Source: an uncultured virus (IMG/VR IMGVR_UViG_3300025676_000011)
Taxonomy: Duplodnaviria; Heunggongvirae; Uroviricota; Caudoviricetes
Reading direction: 5' to 3' (one strand)
Length of the DNA stretch: 64,000 nt
IMG/VR virus record: IMGVR_UViG_3300025676_000011
Coordinates: 1-64,000 of that record
Both the position numbers and the translations under genes were made by a program. Shown piece by piece: positions 27,971-37,900 of this stretch (the first letter of the stretch is position 1; every line of letters starts with the position of its first letter). The notes beneath the pieces were generated by a model that searched no databases, was not told the DNA's origin, and saw nothing but the letters and a program-made list of their open reading frames with translations.

Positions 27971-29326
27971 ATGGCAGGAGAAACTAAAAGAGTAAAATTT
28001 TCGGATAAATTACTAAAGATACTTAAAAGTATGGAGGATAATAATAGTTATCTAGCTTTTGAACTTCTTTGGATGAATGATCCAACTGCAAAATATCATA
28101 ATGGCCTTAATATAACAAATGTTGATTGTGGTACAGATAAATCATCAGATTTTAATTTCACTGTTGTTATTGGTGGTAAGAAAAATATAATGAAAATTGG
28201 TAAATTCATTAGATATTACTTTTCTAATCTATTTAGTAGTGATGAGATAACAAAATTTGCTCATGCTTTCAATAGAGTGAAGAATGGTGGTAAGGCTGAA
28301 CAATCTGGTAAAAAAGTTGAAATACCTGAGTTTAGTTATAATCCAAAAGACCCTAGGTCTACATTCTTATCACTTGTTACAGAAACATACCCACACCCAC
28401 ATGAGGAGAAAGTTATGAAATACTTACCAAAAGACTTAGATAAAGATGAATTTGGTAATTATTATAAAGTGATTCCTGGTGATGATACTACAATGTTTAG
28501 TTCTCACCTTGATACGGCTGATAGAAGTCCAGTTCCTACTAACCTATTCACTAAAGAGGTAGATGGGGATGAGATAATCTATACTGATGGTAGTACAATA
28601 TTAGGGGCTGATGATAAGTCTGGAGTTACTGTTATGATGTATATGATGGTTCATAATATCCCAGGTATTTATTATTTCTTTATTGGTGAAGAAAGAGGTG
28701 GTATTGGTTCTAATCAATTAGCTGATGTTTATGATAAATTTGATTTCCTAAAAAATGTTAAGAAATGTATTTCTTTTGATAGAAGAAGAACAATTTCTGT
28801 TATAACACATCAAATGGGTGGTCGTTGTTGTTCTGATGCTTTTGGTACAGGACTTTGTAAAGAGTACAATAAACAAGGACTTAACCTTTCATTGGATAAT
28901 GGTGGCGTTTATACTGATTCTGCTTCATTTATGGATATTATTCCTGAGTGTACTAATTTATCTGTTGGTTATTTAAATGAACACACAGGTAGAGAAGAAC
29001 AAAACATGACATTTTTAATACAGTTGTGTAAAACTTCTATTAATGTTGATTGGGCTGGATTACCAGTTGCTAGAAAAGTAGGTTTGAACCTTGATTTAGT
29101 GCAGAAGCACAAATCTTTAATTGATGTTATAAAAAATGCAGTATTTGAATTAGAGGTGAAGATGGTTGGGTTTGAGGATAAAATATATATAAGAATAGAT
29201 TTAGATGATACTAATCTAGTAACTGTTTATGATACTTTGAATATTGTACAAAACTTACTTGATAAACATAAAGTAGATAGTATGTGTATTTTTACTGAAA
29301 CATATCTTAAAATAGAATTAACATAA
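27971..29326 (+). CDS. M20/M28-family Zn metallopeptidase with N- and C-terminal extensions
   Basis: SHLDT, LGADDKSG, GEERGGIGS, SFDRR, YTDS, GYLNEHT. Confidence 0.85.
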   Translation: MAGETKRVKFSDKLLKILKSMEDNNSYLAFELLWMNDPTAKYHNGLNITNVDCGTDKSSDFNFTVVIGGKKNIMKIGKFIRYYFSNLFSSDEITKFAHAFNRVKNGGKAEQSGKKVEIPEFSYNPKDPRSTFLSLVTETYPHPHEEKVMKYLPKDLDKDEFGNYYKVIPGDDTTMFSSHLDTADRSPVPTNLFTKEVDGDEIIYTDGSTILGADDKSGVTVMMYMMVHNIPGIYYFFIGEERGGIGSNQLADVYDKFDFLKNVKKCISFDRRRTISVITHQMGGRCCSDAFGTGLCKEYNKQGLNLSLDNGGVYTDSASFMDIIPECTNLSVGYLNEHTGREEQNMTFLIQLCKTSINVDWAGLPVARKVGLNLDLVQKHKSLIDVIKNAVFELEVKMVGFEDKIYIRIDLDDTNLVTVYDTLNIVQNLLDKHKVDSMCIFTETYLKIELT

Positions 29327-29327
29327 T

Positions 29328-29822
29328 ATGAAGAATATTAAGAATTATAAGAAGTTCCTAGAAAAGGAAAATATAAGAGAGGATGAGAACTCATATCTTA
29401 ATGATGATATTAACGATCCTTGGGGTGATCCAAGTGATAGATGGTCTGATCGGTCGGATTATGATGATGAGGGTTACCAGTATCTTAATGGTGGTGAGTC
29501 TAGATCTAGTGAGGATGATAATGATGATAGAGATGATGTTCAACATTTACTTTACTTGTTAAGAACAATGTTTAAGAACAATGGTATTGAGGTTGAAATA
29601 GAACATAAGAACTTAGATATTATGATATATTGTGTTATGAATAGAAAGGAAAGATTAAAAGATGTTATTAATGTTTTAGATGTGGCTAATAAATTGAAGA
29701 AGGATGTATTACCACAATATGATTGTGAGTTTGAGATGTGGGAAACTAGAAAAGGTAAACCAATGTTAACCTTTAACTTCTTTTATGATGAAGGTTTGAA
29801 CGATGATCGTGTTCCATTTTAA
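29328..29822 (+). CDS. Hypothetical acidic protein with capsid-targeting-like N-terminus
   Basis: MKNIKNYKKFLEKE. Confidence 0.75.
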   Translation: MKNIKNYKKFLEKENIREDENSYLNDDINDPWGDPSDRWSDRSDYDDEGYQYLNGGESRSSEDDNDDRDDVQHLLYLLRTMFKNNGIEVEIEHKNLDIMIYCVMNRKERLKDVINVLDVANKLKKDVLPQYDCEFEMWETRKGKPMLTFNFFYDEGLNDDRVPF

Positions 29823-29892
29823 CTATAAACAATCCATTTTAACAACTTTTAAATATTTTAGTATATTATATATACATTAATTACAAACACTT

Positions 29893-30272
29893 GGGGGTGT
29901 CATAGAATAGATTCGCAGAGTAAAGGTAGTTATGCAGGTATCGGATTGTTAAATACCCGATTAATAAATTAAATAACAAAACAGTAAACGGAAACGTAAC
30001 AGAAGTAGCAAGCAAAGAAGATTTAGTATTTGCTCTACAAAACAACCTACTTAACGTAGGGGAGTTAGTTGAAGCTTAATAGAGGAAACTCTTGAAAATT
30101 TAACAACTGATTTACACAGTTAAAAAGGTAAGACCGTTATTTGATAATTTTTAGAAGTCTTTTCAAAAAAATTATCTAGTTTGAAAGTTTAGAAAAACTT
30201 TCTAAGCCTGTAAATGAATAATTATTGTTAACTGAGGAAGACACGATGGGCAGTACATCGTCATCTCCACAA
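29893..30272 (+). ncRNA. ssrA: tmRNA (one-piece)
   Basis: Acceptor stem GGGGGTG / CATCTCC-A with G3:U70; TAAGCCTGTA and GAC before the T-arm; pk1 pairings ATCGG/CCGAT and TTGTTA/TAACAA; tag frame 29990-30079 ending TAA TAG. Confidence 0.88.
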
Positions 30273-30304
30273 GAGCCGATTGAATACTTTCAATTGGATT
30301 TTTT

Positions 30305-30337
30305 AACCTCACTTCCTACATGGGAGTGAGGTTTTTT
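30305..30337 (+). terminator. Rho-independent terminator after tmRNA
   Basis: AACCTCACTTCC...GGGAGTGAGGTTTTTT. Confidence 0.85.
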
Positions 30338-30401
30338 AATGCTATAGAACTATGACGTATTGTTTTTGATAAACTAATCTATTATTTTAAATATAATAGT
30401 T

Positions 30402-30878
30402 ATGATTAATAAATTCGAAGGTCGCTGGAGATTTCTATCAAACTTCTATCCGTGTGTGGTAGAACACCAAGGTATATCATATCCATCAAATGAACATTAT
30501 TATGTTGCTATGAAAGTGACGGATGAACAATTTATTAATGGTAGATATTATACCGCTGGTGATTTCAGAGAAATGATAGCGACAATACCAAGTGCTGCTA
30601 TTGCTAAAAAGTTAGGACAGAAAATAAAGGTTCGTAAAGATTGGGAAGTTAAGAAGATTGAATTTATGAACTGGGGTGTTAGAGAAAAATTTAATAACAA
30701 CTCAACTCTTCGAGAATTATTATTATCAACTGGTGACGATGAACTAATCGAGGGTAATTTTCATAAAGATACTTTTTGGGGAGTTTGTAATGGAAAGGGT
30801 AAAAACCATCTTGGTAAAATTCTTATGGAAGTAAGAAGAGAGTTGAGAGGTGAGAAGAGAGTTGGTCTGTTTATTTGA
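30402..30878 (+). CDS. NADAR (YbiA-like) family protein
   Basis: FLSNFY, EHYY.AMK, AKKLG, R.DW, KF, LLSTG..ELIEGN..DTFWG, G.NHLGKILMEVR. Confidence 0.9.
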   Translation: MINKFEGRWRFLSNFYPCVVEHQGISYPSNEHYYVAMKVTDEQFINGRYYTAGDFREMIATIPSAAIAKKLGQKIKVRKDWEVKKIEFMNWGVREKFNNNSTLRELLLSTGDDELIEGNFHKDTFWGVCNGKGKNHLGKILMEVRRELRGEKRVGLFI

Positions 30879-30972
30879 ATAAAAAAGGGAAACTTTTGAT
30901 AAGATTGCTTCTATAACTAAAAGTAAGAAAAAATATAGAAAATAATTTCTAAAAAATATAAAACCAATAAAA

Positions 30973-31944
30973 ATGTCTGTTATTAGCTATTTTGGTGGCA
31001 AGTCCTCAAAGGTCTTCCATCAGTTCATCAACACAAGAATACCAAAAGATGGTATCAAAACTTATGTAGAACCATTCTCAGGTGCAATGGGAACGTATAT
31101 GGATGACCCAAATCTTAAATTCGATACAGTTGTTTATAATGATAAGAACCGCCACCAGGTGAACTTATATAAGTGTTGTCAAAATCCAACAGAAATGTTG
31201 ATACATATAGATAATCTAAAGAGTGGTTTATTACACACAACAGAAACGGATCCAATAAAAAATTGGGATTTTTATAAAGCTATTTATAAGACATTTCAAA
31301 AGAATGATTTCTTAGATGATATGGATTTTGAGATTGGGGATTATGAAAAAGCTGCTATGTATGCTTTCTTAATTACATCAGCTCATAATTCAGTTTATCC
31401 AAGAGGAGCAGGGTTTAATGGTTATAAGAAGAATAATGGCAAACTTAAAATAGAAGCACTTGTTAATAAACTAAAGAAGGGTAAGTACACAGAGAAATTG
31501 GAATCAATTACTGAGTTCTATAATATTGATTTTGAGGAATTGATAAACAAATATGATTCAGTAGATACATTTCTTTACTTAGACCCACCTTACGCTAGAT
31601 TTGACGAGGCTAAAGGAATGGATGATGCTAGGAGACTATTCTGGTATGGATGTGATGATGAAGGTGTCTTTGGACCCGAATCACATAGAAGGTTATTAGA
31701 AATGCTTAAAAAGACTGATTGTAGATGGTCATTATCTTATTATTACTTTCCTTTATTAGAAGAATTATTACCAAGAGACCAATATAACTGGGTTGAGAAA
31801 GAAGTATTTAGAAGTTCTGCTCATGGTGGTAACAATTCGGATAATAAAAAGGTACAAGCTAAAGGTGTTGAGATGCTTATTATGAATTATAATCCAGAAA
31901 CGGGAGAAAAAATCACTAATAAGGATGTCGAATGTGAACTTTAA
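30973..31944 (+). CDS. Dam-like (D12 class) DNA adenine methyltransferase
   Basis: YFGGKS, YVEPFSG, YND, YLDPPY, E.LIMNY. Specificity cannot be read from sequence. Confidence 0.88.
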   Translation: MSVISYFGGKSSKVFHQFINTRIPKDGIKTYVEPFSGAMGTYMDDPNLKFDTVVYNDKNRHQVNLYKCCQNPTEMLIHIDNLKSGLLHTTETDPIKNWDFYKAIYKTFQKNDFLDDMDFEIGDYEKAAMYAFLITSAHNSVYPRGAGFNGYKKNNGKLKIEALVNKLKKGKYTEKLESITEFYNIDFEELINKYDSVDTFLYLDPPYARFDEAKGMDDARRLFWYGCDDEGVFGPESHRRLLEMLKKTDCRWSLSYYYFPLLEELLPRDQYNWVEKEVFRSSAHGGNNSDNKKVQAKGVEMLIMNYNPETGEKITNKDVECEL

Positions 31945-32677
31945 GATTGTTGATATTTTCGAGAGTGTTAAGGATGATATTTTTTCAATTCAACCATATT
32001 TATCTATTAATAATAATCTAAAAAATTTCACTACTAATACATTTAGTTTATCAATTCCGATGGAATTGGATGGGTTTGGTGTTGATACTGATGCTGAGAT
32101 GATAAGTCTTATTAGGATTGAGATGAATCAAAGTATTTATAAAACAATTTTGAAAGAATTATTCAATACTTCAAAATTTGATTATATAGATATTTCTAAA
32201 ACTGTTAATACTCACCAATCTGTTAATGATATTATTGATTTTTTATCTATTGATTGTATAGATAAAAAATATAAGTATTTAGTTACGAATACTTCTATGG
32301 CTAATTCAATAGGTGATAGTTCATTATTTAACTTTAAACCAAGTGCATCGGTTGTAGAATCTCAAGGTTTACCATATTTATTTGGGTCTTTGATTAAATA
32401 TGATGTTTATATAGATCCTTTTATGAAATTTGATGATAATAGAATTTGCTTATTTGATTCTTGTGAGATTAATATAGAGAATATAAATCAAACTGTTACA
32501 TCAGCGGCCACATTTGCACCTAAGATGATGATAAGTTATGATGTGGCTTTTAAAATAGCAGACTCTAAGGTTATATTTGTTTTAGATGGTAATGAATCAA
32601 GTAGTTCTTATAAGCAATATAAACAATTACAGCGTGATATAAAAATAAATTCTTTATTAGATGGCTCAACAGATTAA
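31925..32677 (+). CDS. Truncated major-capsid-protein paralog with C-terminal RDIKINSLL motif
   Basis: EMNQSIYKTI, YLVTN, GSL..YDVYIDPFMKFDDNRI and ATFAPKM are collinear with the C-terminal half of the capsid protein at 25739. Confidence 0.8.
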   Translation: MSNVNFKIVDIFESVKDDIFSIQPYLSINNNLKNFTTNTFSLSIPMELDGFGVDTDAEMISLIRIEMNQSIYKTILKELFNTSKFDYIDISKTVNTHQSVNDIIDFLSIDCIDKKYKYLVTNTSMANSIGDSSLFNFKPSASVVESQGLPYLFGSLIKYDVYIDPFMKFDDNRICLFDSCEINIENINQTVTSAATFAPKMMISYDVAFKIADSKVIFVLDGNESSSSYKQYKQLQRDIKINSLLDGSTD

Positions 32678-32882
32678 TAATACATTCCAGGTGAATTCGG
32701 CTTCTAATAAAAATGCTATTGTGGTTGATCCAGATGGATACACAACTATTGATAAATTAATACTTGTTGATCAAAAAGATGGAACTAAGTGGGATTTTTC
32801 AATTTATGATGGTGAGGTATTAGTTGAGCCACATGGTAAATCAGAAAAAAGAGAATATAGAATCAATAAGGTTATTTCTTAA
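32661..32882 (+). CDS. Small beta-rich hypothetical protein with C-terminal REYRINKVI motif
   Basis: ORF track; overlaps the upstream gene. Confidence 0.65.
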   Translation: MAQQINNTFQVNSASNKNAIVVDPDGYTTIDKLILVDQKDGTKWDFSIYDGEVLVEPHGKSEKREYRINKVIS

Positions 32883-33330
32883 TTAATTTAATCTTTAAGT
32901 TACCATTTCCTTTTATTAGTCTATGATAAACACCCATAGGTATTTCTACAATACCCTCAATTACTTTTGGAAGTTGATTATCGATTTGAATCATCCAATC
33001 AGTTTCATTTATAGACTCTATAATTCTATCTTCTCTATCACGATGCCAAATAAATTCACCTGAATCAGTTTCTTGTTTAAATTCTCTGATAAATGTATTC
33101 TCTGATAACTGTTCTTCAATAAATGGTAATACAACGTCTGGGTTTTCATTTTGCCATTCTTTCAAAGCTTTCATATCAAATTCTTTTAATTCATTATCAT
33201 ATCCACATTGGTGACATAAATATTTTCTATCATCATTTATTTCAATTTCCCAATTCCAATCACAGTTATCACAAGTAATTTCTTTGATTTTAGCGATTTC
33301 GAATATTTTATATGTTTCTAAGTGTTTCAT
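32872..33330 (-). CDS. Zn-ribbon plus cupin-like protein
   Basis: CDNC and CHQC; WHRDREDR...IPMGVYHRLIKG cupin-like His motifs. Confidence 0.65.
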   Translation of the reverse strand: MKHLETYKIFEIAKIKEITCDNCDWNWEIEINDDRKYLCHQCGYDNELKEFDMKALKEWQNENPDVVLPFIEEQLSENTFIREFKQETDSGEFIWHRDREDRIIESINETDWMIQIDNQLPKVIEGIVEIPMGVYHRLIKGNGNLKIKLIKK

Positions 33331-33350
33331 TTATTATAAATACTAATATT

Positions 33351-33920
33351 TTACCAATACCCAGGGTAGGTTCGCCCATTCCAAAGATGTCCGTATTTCG
33401 TGAGACGACAAGCCCAATATCCAGCAGTTGTTCTATCCTTTTTGGTTGAGCATTTATGTCTAGCCGCGAAGCTCTTTCTAGCATCTGGGTTACTAACTTT
33501 AGCTGTTAGTCCACCATGTACATCTCCAAAGGCAAGTTTTTTAACATTACCAGTCTTTGGGTTTTTAACATAAACGTGATATTTCTTAGTCCCGCCTCTT
33601 TTAGGATAATTTAATTTAACTTCTTTACCCTTATACTCTGCTTCATTTAATTCTTGAATATTTTCTATTGGTAAATCAAGTGGTACTAATTCATTATTAA
33701 ACACTCCGAACCTACCAATATCTGTTGATTCGAATAATTCATTATCTATATCACACAATTCAACAGTATTAGAATCGAATAACTTTCTAGCTTCTTTTAT
33801 TACTTCATAAAAAGCATCTGAACCAGGTCTAAAAACATTTTCAGTTATAGGTTTAGAACTATCTAAATGGTATTTTAGATTCTCTGATATTTCTTTATAT
33901 TGATTAAATTTGTGTATCAT
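33351..33920 (-). CDS. Conserved phage hypothetical protein with a basic C-terminal domain
   Basis: KKYHVYVKNPKTGNVKKLAFG...RKSFAARHKC...AGYWAC, a pattern I recall from T4-like phages. Confidence 0.7.
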   Translation of the reverse strand: MIHKFNQYKEISENLKYHLDSSKPITENVFRPGSDAFYEVIKEARKLFDSNTVELCDIDNELFESTDIGRFGVFNNELVPLDLPIENIQELNEAEYKGKEVKLNYPKRGGTKKYHVYVKNPKTGNVKKLAFGDVHGGLTAKVSNPDARKSFAARHKCSTKKDRTTAGYWACRLTKYGHLWNGRTYPGYW

Positions 33921-34336
33921 TCTTCTACTTCATTTTCACCATCACTTGTAAATTCAGAGAAGTTAATAACACCAACACCATCACTCTCAACACATTCGCA
34001 TCCGGGGCATCCACATTCACAGCCAGCTTCTCCGGTGCAATTATCACAACAAGCACAATCTCCTGATAAAGTTTCATCACTTTCTTCTTCTAATTCATTC
34101 TCCATATCAATATTCTCAATATTCTCAATATTATCGATGTTAATCGTTATGAAGTTTTCAAACTTAACAATCTTATCCATTTCTTTTTTAAATGCCTTAT
34201 CAACCTTTTCTTGGTCCTCAACAGATGTTGTGAATCCAGGTTCAACATCTTTATCAACTAGTTCTTTAGCATCAAATGTAATTTCTTGTGTTTCTTCTTC
34301 TTTTTTGGCTTCATTAAACCTTTTAATCTTTTTCAT
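33917..34336 (-). CDS. Acidic protein with a metallothionein-like Cys cluster
   Basis: CACCDNCTGEAGCECGCPGCEC. Confidence 0.7.
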   Translation of the reverse strand: MKKIKRFNEAKKEEETQEITFDAKELVDKDVEPGFTTSVEDQEKVDKAFKKEMDKIVKFENFITINIDNIENIENIDMENELEEESDETLSGDCACCDNCTGEAGCECGCPGCECVESDGVGVINFSEFTSDGENEVEE

Positions 34337-34344
34337 AGTTTTAA

Positions 34345-34551
34345 TTATTTCTTTTGGTACATTCCTTCCAGTACTTGGTACATAGCATCAACAACTCCAT
34401 AAGAGTCAACTCCGAAGTCACCTTCATATTTTTCAGCAATTGAGATTATATCCTTTTCAAGTTCTTCCCATTTATCTCCAGATCTTTGTTTTTTTAGAAC
34501 ATCATCCCAATTAAACTCTTCACTTTCGTTAAATTTCTTTAAGTGTTTCAT
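34345..34551 (-). CDS. Small hypothetical protein with capsid-targeting-like N-terminus
   Basis: MKHLKKFNES. Confidence 0.75.
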   Translation of the reverse strand: MKHLKKFNESEEFNWDDVLKKQRSGDKWEELEKDIISIAEKYEGDFGVDSYGVVDAMYQVLEGMYQKK

Positions 34552-34952
34552 TATTTACTACTTATTTTTTTAATTATCTGAGCACATTTTTCATACTCTT
34601 CTTTATCTTCATATTCAGTTAGAAACTCTCTTAATTGTTGAGTATCTGCCAATTCTAATTTTATTAGAAATTTAATTTCCTTTAATTCATCGAAGTTTTT
34701 TATTTCATGGTCAATTATTTTATCAACAATTTCTCTATCAAATTGTGACATTCCCATAAAATCATTCCAATCATTAATATCATTATCTTTTAAGAATTCT
34801 AAAATGTTAAATAAACAAGTATCTAATCTTGATTTTTTAGATGACTTATTTGTTTTTTTCTTATTAAATATCTTTCTAAAGAATTCTTCGTTTATAAATT
34901 CCATATAGCTATCGATTCTTATCATTACATATATATTAATTTTCTCTATCAA
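34551..34952 (-). CDS. Hypothetical protein with C-terminal UVR (UvrB/C)-like motif; likely start MIRIDSY at about 34925
   Basis: LREFLTEYEDKEEYEKCAQIIKKI. Confidence 0.6.
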   Translation of the reverse strand: MIEKINIYVMIRIDSYMEFINEEFFRKIFNKKKTNKSSKKSRLDTCLFNILEFLKDNDINDWNDFMGMSQFDREIVDKIIDHEIKNFDELKEIKFLIKLELADTQQLREFLTEYEDKEEYEKCAQIIKKISSK

Positions 34953-34995
34953 GAAATGTAAAATTAATATATAAACAAAACCGGAATGTAAATAG

Positions 34996-37900
34996 ATGTC
35001 AAATCATAAGAATCTTGTATTTTTCAATAAAGAAGGAGACTACTTAAACTTTAATTATAGTGAATCTAATGATAGATTCGAAGGAGATATGCTCTTTCAC
35101 GAAAATTCAACAGATACGTTTAAGACTTATGGTCTTTATACTATGGAAAATATACCATCTTTTGAGTTTGAATTACCTGGTGAATTAACAACTAAAAAGT
35201 TTCAATTATTTAATGAATATGGTTTAAACCTATATGGTGCTAAGTATGATGACCAAGATATAATAAATATCGAACCGGTTAATAACGATCCCTCTTTCTA
35301 CTCTAAATGGATATATGGTATTGACTTTGAATCAAAATTCCCAACAGGAACACTTATCAAGTTTAATAGTCCTTTATTTGAGTTTAATAATATTAACCAA
35401 ACATATGCTGTTGTTAGTAGTAAGAAAAATGCTATTATGATTATTGGGCAGATGGATAATGCTACATTTGAAAGTACTTACTATTCATCATATATTGATG
35501 TGAATAGTTATGATAATAAAACGATAACGGGAATTAATGCTGTTGGTGTTTATAATTATATAGATTCTTCTTATGATAATAATTTATCTGATTGGTCAGA
35601 GCCGGATTTTTATGATGAATATTATGTTGGTAAGAAATTAAATTTAGTTAATACTGAATTTAATGATTCGGTAGTCTCTGTTGAGAATATAGATGTTACA
35701 GATCAAGTTCATTTTGAATTCTCAACAAACAATTCTAATTTACCCGATGATTCAAATTTTATAATAGAAGTTATAACAAAAACTGATATACCTAAGGTGT
35801 ATGAAGGAGGGTTAAGTATAACTACTGATAGTAGAATCTATATAAATAACGTTTTTAATTACCCACATATACTAAAATCTGGTACGGAATTCAAAATTAT
35901 AGGATCTGTTGATAATCAAAATTTTTTAAGAGTTTCTAATATACCAACATTTGCTGGTAACACACAATTAACATATTATGCTACACAGTCTCAAGTTTTA
36001 TTCAATAATAGAATATATGAATGTGTAAAAGGTTATACACAAAGCTTTGCATCACAAACAACATCCTTTGTAACACCTTTAAATACTAATTATTGGTCTA
36101 ACCCAACTTATGTTAAAGTTGAACAGTCCACGGTTGCAGAATCTTTATTATCTGCTCAGATATATTTAACAACAGATAGATATTATTTTTATACTGGTTG
36201 GACTAGTTCAGCTGCTGTTACATTAGCGTCTGCTGCTGATAAATATAAAGAAGATCTTAAAATATTTAATATTGATTTATTTTATAAAAATAATACATTA
36301 AAATCTGATTTAATTTATCCTAGTGATTATGCTAAAGTTAACTTTTATCATAGTGAAATAGGTGCTACCTATTCCATCGGCTCTGAATTAAAAACTTCTG
36401 AGAGATTGGTTGAGGTTGAAGAAGAATTAAATTATGAATTAAATTATGATATATCTGAGAATTTCAAATATAATATTGTTTTTACTGATATTGATGAATT
36501 TGGTATACTGGTCGAGGTCAATAAAATGATATATGATGAAGAAGTTGCCTTTATTTATACCGGATCAATCATTGATATGGAAAGAACAATAGATAGAACT
36601 TTAAGATCTTGGTTATCACGGTGGTATTTAAGATTATTATCATTAGGTATAATAGCTGAATTAAAATATGTAGGTAATTATACTTCTGTATTTTATAATT
36701 CAATTGTTTTGAGAACAGAATATCCTAATGTTCCACTTGATATAAATAATGTTGAGGTTGGTATAACAGCAAATTATCATATAGAACACTCTAGAGTTTT
36801 GTTCGATGACATGGGACCATTTTTAAATATCATAATAAATGATGAATCATATTCACAACAAACAATTTATAGTGGATTACTTCCGGATATCCCATCTACT
36901 TTATCAGCTTGGATGGAAAAACATTCTGAGATATTAGTCAGCTTCGAGATTTTCGTAACAAATATTAATAATTTATTGAAATTTGATATTAAGCATTTGG
37001 GTAGAAGACTAGATTATACAATAACTACTGGTAAATTAAATATACCGGGTTTACAAGATTATATAATAACAGAAAAGATATTAGGTAATCATGGTATGTT
37101 AATAGCTTCTAATGAGGTTTTACTACCTGATACATCATTAACATCATTTGAGGATTCTGGGTTCGCTACGGGTATGGTATTTGCTATAAACAATACATAC
37201 CATCCATATGTTAATCAAGATTTTAATATACAATTTTTAGACCCACAGGTGCTGAATTTGAGTTATCAAGGACCTTTTTGGGGATTAACCGATAGTATTT
37301 GTAATTCATCAGCTTTTGTTACATTAGCATTTGATTATGGTTTTGGCCAAACTGGTTGCCAGCCAATAATTGTACCAACTCAATCTGAGGGTGGTGCGTT
37401 TGGCGGAGGTGATGATGGTGCTTCTCCAGGATTACCAATGAGCTCCTTCGATTTGAATATGTTCTCTTTATCATATAATCTGAATGAATATGTGGTTAAT
37501 GAATATGATTTAAATTCTTTCTCTGGGACTACCGGATTAGTTGATATTAAATATGTTCAGTTATCTAATTCTATGTATGCTTATGGAGATGAATTAGTTG
37601 TTATAGATGCTTATATAGGACAATATATAACAACAGTTGCTTTACCAGGTAATACACAAAGTATAGAGGTTGAATTTAACCCTATAAATAATTATCTTTA
37701 CTGTTTATCTAAAAACAGTATTTATGTTGTTGATCCTCTTATTAATACCTTGATTAACACAATTTCTTTATCTAATGACGCTTTTGATATCGGGATGAAT
37801 CCAATAAATGGTGATGTTTATGTTACATATGATAATATACCATATATTGATATTTGGGAATATAATAATTTAACTAATATACCAAATCATAATCTGACAA

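Noticed and set aside
30240..30272. Stand-alone tRNA gene
   Set aside because: No anticodon arm; the stem pairs with 29893-29899 as the tmRNA tRNA-like domain. I recognised no tRNA genes in the window.
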